64,000 nt of DNA from an uncultured virus (IMG/VR IMGVR_UViG_3300008219_000006) (lineage: Duplodnaviria; Heunggongvirae; Uroviricota; Caudoviricetes): IMG/VR virus record IMGVR_UViG_3300008219_000006; one strand, written 5' to 3'. Of this stretch, positions 61,501 to 64,000 are shown one piece after another. Both the position numbers and the translations under genes were made by a program. Numbering within the stretch: position 1 is the first letter of the stretch; every line of letters begins with the position of its first letter. The notes beneath the pieces are model-generated. The model made no database searches, was not told the origin of the DNA, and saw only the letters and a program-made list of their open reading frames with translations.

Positions 61501-62438
61501 CTTTGTTTAGATGGTTAAGGCATTATAAGTCTTATCCAAATATCTTTGCTGCTCAAAGAGTTTTTAGAGATTCGTCTAAATATAGTTTACCAGCCTTTGT
61601 AGCTCGTATGTTCCGTTTCATGCTTCAGGAAATGATATATGCTATTATCACTATGCTAGCCGCCGGAATGTCAGCAGCTGTCTTAAAAGAAAGGTTTGAG
61701 AAAAACCCAATTAGTGAGATGACTGCACTCTTGCAAAGAAGTCCTATGTTAGGATACTGGGGAGAATTCATTGCTTCTACAGTAAGAACTATGCTATCAG
61801 CAGCCTCTGGAAAACTAGACGCTACTCCTTTGGCTAGAACTTTACTACCTGTAGGTGGTTCTCTTATGAGATCTCAATCTCAATCTTTGGTCAATGCTAT
61901 TAGAGGTAATACTGATGGAGGAGACTGGGCAAACTATGCTCGTATGTTAACTCTAGCTCCTGTCCCAGTCCTTGGACAAATTGCAGGTAATCCATTTACT
62001 AGGATAGCTGTAAGTAGAACAATGGGTAAAGAGAAGTCAGCCAATAGTATGAGACAGAAGATGGGGGACAGACTTGGGAAACCTAATGGTCGAGACAGCT
62101 TAAGAAATGGATTAGGTACGACCGTGGAACCCTCGGACTCAAGTCTATCCTCAAGAAATGTCTTCTTTACACCTGAGGAAAAGAACCTAAGTAATATCAT
62201 GAAAGAACTATATCCAGATGCTATGAATTCACCATATGTTACAGATGTTGGTGTTTCTATAGATCCTGATGATATTAAAACTCCAGAAGCATCTCAAGTT
62301 ATTCCTCAGTTACCTCCAAGAGATACTCCAGAGCCTAAGAGCAGTCGTGTCGATATTGCTAGTAAGAAACCTGACCCGATCCAAGCTATTTCAGAGTCTT
62401 CAAAACCTATGGAGATACCTCCAGAATTAATTGAATAA
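46518..62438 (+). CDS. 5306-aa giant polyvalent virion/ejection protein (gp16 position) with RNAP-like, DEDDy exonuclease and metallopeptidase domains
   Basis: Uninterrupted ORF with AAGGAG RBS; Gly-rich hydrophobic segment; motifs DLNAAG, RKLIKHPIMVKLY, DIET/YNGNTFD/YTLED, HEIIGH. Confidence 0.8.
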   Translation: MIVPEEIQQPKHFKSLFDLQYEEAMDRHENFFGPSDALDAHKNLRWLEVKAGNISEDDYMEEFGYFDRKKSIDERSNHWYNMIDNYIIEDPFTIEQLEQDPSQAQYLAVMKKNHDRGEYSLGIMSREERLSLPQQGVGMYQRSGWYESHLKELMTTHRQKKDGSFLLQSDTGQILNPEEIAKFIDEGSIDHTKILQWKTLSLDDPLWWVIGQEGTAAVLDKKAHSDYSGKDMVMELQEVEPSLWSAYIVAGGTGQRLEQAKNSYDWWYKFNSTLTDHAMALSTMKYMVEDENFFDWIIPAGISFFKESFIKDPDMTGDFTVWGSMTAAGAATGAITGLGAGTIPGAIVGGIGGGIYWLGKRVKRVQSVMDSMISMSQKAKRLNRKQRSLLYLETGVKTTEQILDVIMPTRWASFVGTKLGYVDNLTFSEKMSDALHFRKAAFTRRLKLAPFDALEGFIEGSIVHIADANERGANWTLGSMIQEGGIEAVVSIGLNPTMRAAMQGGSGLLGAGAQLTNKFVSKNNDPVITDLMNRASRIVFRPRSLEEQMEAVDKYDKFIEFGSRYKNIFGEYSHAERIEAGEAKYLFPTDPKRANRERNFLDSLFDTVQLLAQAQNVENQTSWTLNKMDEILSMLEKKVKDEKRPSMGIKEAAELSIKSLIGSIDAVVKADPDFDINLANNLKNMIASEYKTFLLLDIARNHVDPITGEKKELTIEEVIEKIDPTKDEFDVNLWFKTFTEAERELLNDEMDRRGLKLEDITDDPKLTQEIVEKVTEDWMGRTEDTRRLEDDAQKKRIEHASALSDFLEQPITIQDIRTGETIVVGGDRYTGTPLTIDEAIKKKNDTADEVESEPEIDEEEVEITELTPREQRIIRNSQERLQKGLEAYKKAKTPKEKKSALKQIANAVWKTEGRLNKITKERAGKEIIDLQNESQGILTKENIEIGPDKAGDPMDFNRVDTEVSDIKGETADTSENFVILQVKQPVIRQGNERLQYAKVVLTPAEKFTPEPIDAPQTIVPTEPPAEPKKKTKSQRRKLLEKANDAEAVAEGSFEKISEDRKEMLIDVNNIDIELAQLKAQLDQMSDEFYETEEGKKIKEIADKQAKLNEKRNELLREMGFESRTHSVDGSSLKSVKEAIISFAKEDIESEKNRLKEIEKDTNILENTKRVLAKKLGKDATDNDKQELLKQKRSILLKFLTNKRNNDTVAGIAKAAEIPVEFIKALKNNEVVSLEEFDRILSNTKIQSYLTGIIKDVKKYGTLEADVVKNNIEKANERITNAGTLASKWMENVKSGRKNLHELGKAQRAASKVHKYQEMTELRAKIANVSLAKGTSVARLADIQPDFDNLVELAYIKQVISDTKASKRDLKQRMKGKRTITKADLKIVMLGNYHTHEYIDGFFVTSEDYSGLDEDSEIDIDKARDIISSFGEWRKNTLGKHVGIQLQNATLANRRPEALNNLSDGLKTAVNIEEFGPNDKPLINITPEQAKTNAKSRRVEVKDTAESIGQLGLDLLKATKLLSNLKRLNGRYSNIGLVVAQLKQAGLENLNFDHPIFHTELSPVILKHAGDIMYDAKNELDLTELYPLDITIDGIKSDDYLNVIVDINELENILTALASQINNKLQIMVNEGIRGADTQITNMDEASLNLYKQYELVTRLHEGLLEHISTMTNPLRRGWDRDLDSQFLQLGDTTYETTPHEYRQTVENYFARGLGDIQNKRLWDGYRDLFEQYLITRKPDPKSIDLDIKELYEQILRDEVTFDHNSQITLMYKLVQEVLGIEDITQLGGLSEGSRLALDWVSAEEAGFALADFIFRREEVSLYRRVVKRKSSSKTGEGEITSEQQITDSEQGTETELQAKSVRSDIPLSARNLARNWEESVYRHRMRKSLEYLTTASDEEVELVIASIRESVPSKAEAYKKYADETGKDVKTLTAEEKTKAIKTFYLPEKEKVAKMATTYSFLPQMTNRSPGETITNFERWESFVFEVMMDWPVLGMNLIHDGRYYTDGTVVEFLGKDESHQRYADDNDLDVETLTEDQIKEAERVYPPEMLHMKPSTAARGTRAQRSEDKVRKAAHAGMPIGKLTLAGFFTQWAHGRLNINFEEFAKSALTLGNETVKSLGINNLFNFTSSKNYADLNAAGIHSHFSVLMMTPKNREAAEALLDKLVNQRNKVLGTTPEDQYLEASEFVLETALHTLEISGLHTDIFPGIQSLEKIAAEFDFEGVLKDIKAGRKKTARVEKFRKLIKHPIMVKLYWAGQEGIKSSFSDAKDAGLLEGFTEQDLDWFALFLAQGGAVLRHNLLNHALQNKDGKPTSDVLGESMGVDMGDRQEALRILKDLANQETDVVKNYMDLYGKQIEGRDTKARTLEKSLEDFVSAKALYLAQGDLARAEELKPKIRAEHKKRIENLQEYLRENGLKEESLNDPVVMNQHRGEIERIMMGWEGDAWKEMPMLRAINEKNAQPVTLAIDEKTKAAGKPAGIDMDHVGEHWLMGSLLDKFTLFIEYGIDTSSGRYNPMDPSPLTPYNSTLGSFRSDEKPYSIWKTENNRFAKMATDEEGNLDPKKMRAYINRLIAIDLSIRMIQDYDPPIPNFEPYTEKDFWADWQTESDHTVASREREINFWEDPENNDYEISKEEFNKNTYGGTRDHRSRPLFARRNIDYKSNQEMSTKDPAGIAALRPRTGKPGNLMHDRGSMFLRKESLNRKLREKEQRLEHLRNTINTTEIDTNIMSDIISGAHPFQSDTLPVGPTPDTTTLSHVFGDTIDEQVYRAIRNIENKIRPWAMERGYYKEVKDNKWGRLWIMWEMDRLHKNTIRETRQILKSFRGADVWDQNDIEIGMRQIRLSYYDKLYKLRSVVHELRSKGFDSREADIMENQLSAHINMDDMTYIELARTLADSGFAQDSRVFTPAPHHLMAIDPETAADPVEFTRTVEGPIAMHHLEQALAEHEIVFISYVNEELNILSKEDTELGKYLRDKRDTFESGRHLNWKDLQNMMWSENETVNQWAMDILDKAEKKAINAEHKNFYIYLDPDSETRSTMTYDRKEEGNVKRLWGGWSPLISQKPIGSARYHLTPEGLQQLFVNIRSTLFKKLEDRQITGISTLHSEPSLAQRLDSGYQADTRRSHEALLKAFELMGDTEVGDYTLVDKSRRSSFDDREPQRVLDIDKLSGMKIVTGNRFDHAWDRAYYSQWEATKEAARRQGKTRLLDYLINQEELNPELVKIHAISLHAENFMGLGTEEARIYAAAITNKDVDWVDKNTLLLDNLQQEINKWEFSGPLEKAIMELERHHRNTSTENTLDRTNVDNLRKVLKVFGMEDSAIDAMPEFKDYNKWMNNGLSVVIDIETDIAEDGVPTKIYRVVKHYSRKNTKAGFISEVVTGEDLNSILVEIERAQQAGYKVVTYNGNTFDFKHLVRLGADPKIAARIATRSIDLYSLLRRMKANQDSRKGSLGRISELLNLGKKKEIGGYMVHLLELRKSGKTLDKTDLPIAYRNDEIAIDELNKINDMDSSDPSLETRIVNYTLEDGVLTNKLFAELLKRQGETNISLGEIGTLDLVTELYPNWALDIDGTRAVTNKDAFKWIDDVVIPKLIGKEEDTSDFGLHNKGFVTETGSRFRDRAEREAKEFFRRGRLWADKREFNEQRDKLNGKNYDAIEVLSYQDFINEVLGESVTLTENDGRLMAAKYAMEAIMAERKPTELNLLDLTRGIDEDVDLSDLGDSKKFDLVFIHNDAALKMNKTLSRAERDGTLKPEVVVGLRIMFAHLARMNPDFFRTVEFEIDPSDIFDTQGRRQRGRFGIKDNKFHMIIDPRESTDVQIVEIALHEIIGHMGVEKFVRKNEADWVSMVEWLRTASGRNVVADFVKSNPKYSHLTEAEKNKKVEYYQTNPEEWAALYISYQLMKDVTHDSMIDINNPKINRSLRGMINKIVSSIRNHLQTITDALFRFRKTYPQAYEMMERITENAYGYQTKGNIRYRREAQTPNRVANDYESTHEGSDTENMYSFLNPLAGEQGDNALTLHAFDKNSGVKMGTPLKKGELSGLAKTEEIETWVREEENARRTRIDLRNELNNLTIGSAEHIAKQIEFDNAAKKEGEISQRISDNEYNNLFGQSRREVADNKVELARRFGDEQVVDYMLGDEANGFVMKQQQYNAGKLREIMTSSKQEDITLAKTFLALSFENMIKKRGDYVRENAERWLSMFPHIYMRLNRLATGGLAGLNTTQSDQTYLNTIIPIVILSNLVVPGLENVSGNVQNTKGWDSLDDRRNELFDIEEAAREYDKEFVKNTVDGKTMTEVQFDQIKELSLSLINDPSSVSSSHPFYDLAREYSKTSEQLIQRATDYLVNARVLQERHLEKPEHRLMLSLNKTKIGDLISKNPDVITQAKDEIRRQVLENLSLTDTSSIVDPVSLYASGILPDITSSEVNLTFIRGWDDMPLVIRNKIDQEIKNDPSLMTITEWDSDMLMLDTNPSSEAKARLKIYKIRKQKVEALYKKADYGATTLSDIIGSGTSAGEAASIISQYNSSLEAHNTSLVDKFRAHSGSYLATMILSGNGLARDSGTHMLFTSKEANSVVGFKSYLLMNRIGSTAFIPHSIVGIPKSYELMTNDKTKMLFNTDVGSISRALTRGPGWNAGTILVMKEFTNSNINFSDFLDMFRNVIDNSPDLDSINVIDQSVLNLSTKMRTDLKSKILDDIETLRRKMQITGGIALRQYNRWNSAIDTANDFTSTLLGPNLTVATLTVEGMMNTTSLMFGGPQGLKNFATAVIDSIAFASSGSTKKGRSQMRQLAREMGWYAKHKRHSMFEVHRSVLYGDELHDDEVGGLKRYLRRTKTYSNSVNGGINIALRSQSTMSYRKWFAEILGNDKLKELIIKVNDAKEKGEFKTRADIKRVVKEVLGSSHGRTEAVYQMAKAGLLDLDILPDIKTLIDESDVVYGVHTYGGRMRNYISEKTDTAERTRLNEVLRKMKNWENIVVHMNIVDPNAMDIDTTDVPLFRWLRHYKSYPNIFAAQRVFRDSSKYSLPAFVARMFRFMLQEMIYAIITMLAAGMSAAVLKERFEKNPISEMTALLQRSPMLGYWGEFIASTVRTMLSAASGKLDATPLARTLLPVGGSLMRSQSQSLVNAIRGNTDGGDWANYARMLTLAPVPVLGQIAGNPFTRIAVSRTMGKEKSANSMRQKMGDRLGKPNGRDSLRNGLGTTVEPSDSSLSSRNVFFTPEEKNLSNIMKELYPDAMNSPYVTDVGVSIDPDDIKTPEASQVIPQLPPRDTPEPKSSRVDIASKKPDPIQAISESSKPMEIPPELIE

Positions 62439-62452
62439 TTGGGTAAAGGAGA
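62433..62452 (+). promoter_or_regulatory. Putative phage RNAP promoter, copy 4 (phiOR-like position)
   Basis: gaataattgggtaaaggaga overlapping the stop of the giant gene. Confidence 0.75.
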
Positions 62453-62630
62453 GGGGGGACCTAGGGACCTAGGTTTATATTATATATATAATATATAACT
62501 AGGGTAAACTAAGGACCTAGGAAATCGACTAGGGGTCACGAATACACAGCTAGGGAGAGATTATAAGAGGACTTTCTTTTCCCCCCGTACCCCCCTTAAT
62601 TCTTTCGCTATAAAAAGCGATGGGGTACCG
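62453..62630. repeat. Candidate genome end / terminal-repeat region
   Basis: ggacctagg three times plus further ctagg units, 20-bp AT palindrome 62476-62495, ccccccgtacccccc at 62581. Confidence 0.55.
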
Positions 62631-62638
62631 AGTGCTAA

Positions 62639-62953
62639 TTGAAACTAGCCTACTGCCCGTGGAAGGGCTTGCAGGTGGCTGGTGCTCATTATATCCTACC
62701 GGATATGGTGGGCATTATGGATAATCCTATTATCCAGACCTTGCGAGGCATGGTCAAGATAGGAGCATCGTTGTTCCTAATTTGGCTCATGCTTCAAGCA
62801 GCTTATGAAAGTATGTCTATGCTTTCACAAGCGGTGGATAGTTATGGTGTGGACTTCGCTTACAACGATCACCTCCTTTGGGCGGCGATTTCGTTTGGCG
62901 CAGCTTCAATCATAATCTCCATCATGTTTGTTCGCTCCCTTTATAGGGACTGA
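62639..62953 (+). CDS. Hypothetical membrane protein (start uncertain)
   Basis: Two hydrophobic helices. Confidence 0.4.
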   Translation: MKLAYCPWKGLQVAGAHYILPDMVGIMDNPIIQTLRGMVKIGASLFLIWLMLQAAYESMSMLSQAVDSYGVDFAYNDHLLWAAISFGAASIIISIMFVRSLYRD

Positions 62954-63211
62954 ACAGCATCTGCTGCATGATCCATTGGAGGTTGGTCTGCCAATGGCGG
63001 GGTTGTTGAACCCGATACCTTGTCACTCAAGGGGTTCACTGTGGCTCATTCACATCTGATGAGGAGTGTCGTTGCTCTCCAGCGACAATCTCTAGGACAC
63101 TTAGATCCTAAGCATCTACCTGATGATCATTTCGATAAGAGATAATTCTTATACCCTGAGCTAGCTAGGGTTGTACAGCTAGCAATCATGTTTCCTTTGA
63201 AAGGACATGCC

Positions 63212-63556
63212 ATGTCAAATCCAAATCTGTTCAAGCGTTTGCTTGGGCGCGTTTGGAAAAGTACTGTTGCCGAGCAACAGCCTCATAATGAGTCAGAGGT
63301 GAAAGACTCTAGTTTCGACCAACTAAAAGATACTCGTGACGTTTGTAGGTTTGATACCTATGACCCAGATCGATCTATTCTTGTTAGTCGGCTTAAGAAT
63401 TCTATCTTCATCTGGGAAATGCGCAACGGAGCAATCAACCGTAGACGCATAAGTTCCAGACTTACATTAGAATTAGATCTATTTGCTAGATCTCCTAAAA
63501 ATTCTATTAGTAAGGAAGAGCTCGTTGACATGGTTCGTAAAGAACTTGTTGACTAA
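63212..63556 (+). CDS. Hypothetical protein
   Basis: AAAGGA RBS before ATG 63212. Confidence 0.55.
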   Translation: MSNPNLFKRLLGRVWKSTVAEQQPHNESEVKDSSFDQLKDTRDVCRFDTYDPDRSILVSRLKNSIFIWEMRNGAINRRRISSRLTLELDLFARSPKNSISKEELVDMVRKELVD

Positions 63557-63660
63557 GAGTGAACCTATGGCACTACAGGCTACCGCTTGTAGTGTCATTT
63601 GCCCTAGGTTAGTCGGGGCTGCAAAGTGACTAACTGAGTTCTTCCATAGGAGGCACTGCG

Positions 63661-63864
63661 ATAGCAGAACCTACTAAGAAGTCCGAAGCTATTGAGCGTT
63701 TGTTTCGTGAACTCAATGGTGGCGTGGACAGGCGTACTATGATCGACTCCGATCTGTGTGCGGTCTGTGCTCAGCCAGCTACTGAGTTCAGCGACGCGCT
63801 CAGCCGCAAGGAATACACCATCTCTGGTATGTGTCAAGCATGCCAAGATAGTGTGTTCCGCTAG
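63661..63864 (+). CDS. Small Zn-finger protein (CxxC...KEYTISGMCQACQD), apparent ATA start
   Basis: AGGAGG 63648-63653, 7 nt before ATA 63661; open to TAG 63862; two CxxC pairs. Confidence 0.7.
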   Translation: MAEPTKKSEAIERLFRELNGGVDRRTMIDSDLCAVCAQPATEFSDALSRKEYTISGMCQACQDSVFR

Positions 63865-64000
63865 CGGTTAGCGTCGGAACAACGTCCCTCCGCCTGAGGT
63901 TTCGCCCTAGGGAGGGGCTTCATACCTGTGCTCTTCTCTATGGAGAGCACGGGTATGAGGTACACGTTGTATCTCGTTCGACCTAAGCATGTCGTTAAAG

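Larger units (their letters stand above)
1..64000 (+). mobile_element. T7-like (Autographiviridae-type) podovirus genome, near-complete, apparently lytic
   Basis: Single-strand gene array with T7-type RNAP, primase-helicase, PolA, portal, capsid, tail tubular A/B and terminase; no integrase, repressor or host housekeeping genes recognised. Confidence 0.95.

Noticed and set aside
63056..63130. CTGATGA motifs suggesting a hammerhead ribozyme
   Set aside because: No correctly placed GAAA after stem II and no stem I/III could be built
484..63846. Numerous minus-strand ORFs of 60-150 aa in the ORF track
   Set aside because: Nearly all lie antisense to well-supported + strand genes, and none shows recognisable motifs; treated as shadow ORFs
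1..64000. tRNA genes, integrase, alternative genetic code
   Set aside because: No cloverleaf or integrase motifs recognised; long ORFs are intact in the standard code and all three stop codons are used

Overview
The window is most, possibly nearly all, of a lytic T7-like (Autographiviridae-type) podovirus genome, with essentially all credible genes on the + strand. The order is: small acidic early genes behind consensus sigma70 promoters, a DUF932 protein, and a T7-type RNA polymerase. A replication and nucleotide module follows (metallophosphoesterase, SSB, RusA, primase-helicase, PolA, dNMP kinase, 5'-3' exonuclease, class II RNR). Next come portal, scaffold, capsid, greatly enlarged tail tubular proteins A and B, small and large terminase, internal virion proteins, holin-like and LysM-lysozyme genes, and a 5306-aa giant protein. 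A candidate genome-end region and what looks like the early leader close the window. The most notable signal is the giant protein in the gp16 (ejection protein) position. It carries motif A/B-like sequences of a second, single-subunit RNA polymerase with N4 virion-RNAP-like spacing, an intact DEDDy 3'-5' exonuclease domain and an HExxxH metallopeptidase motif. This suggests a T7-like phage that may inject its own polyvalent RNAP/nuclease/protease. Consistent with that idea, the ordinary RNAP gene sits behind a terminator-like hairpin and a putative phage promoter. Other oddities are ~1100-aa and ~1000-aa insertions inside tail tubular proteins A and B (one ~21% Cys), apparent CCWGG avoidance, a rearranged late gene order with no T7-type gp17 fibre, and a Zn-finger gene with an apparent ATA start. 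All assignments come from motif reading by eye; no database searches were run.
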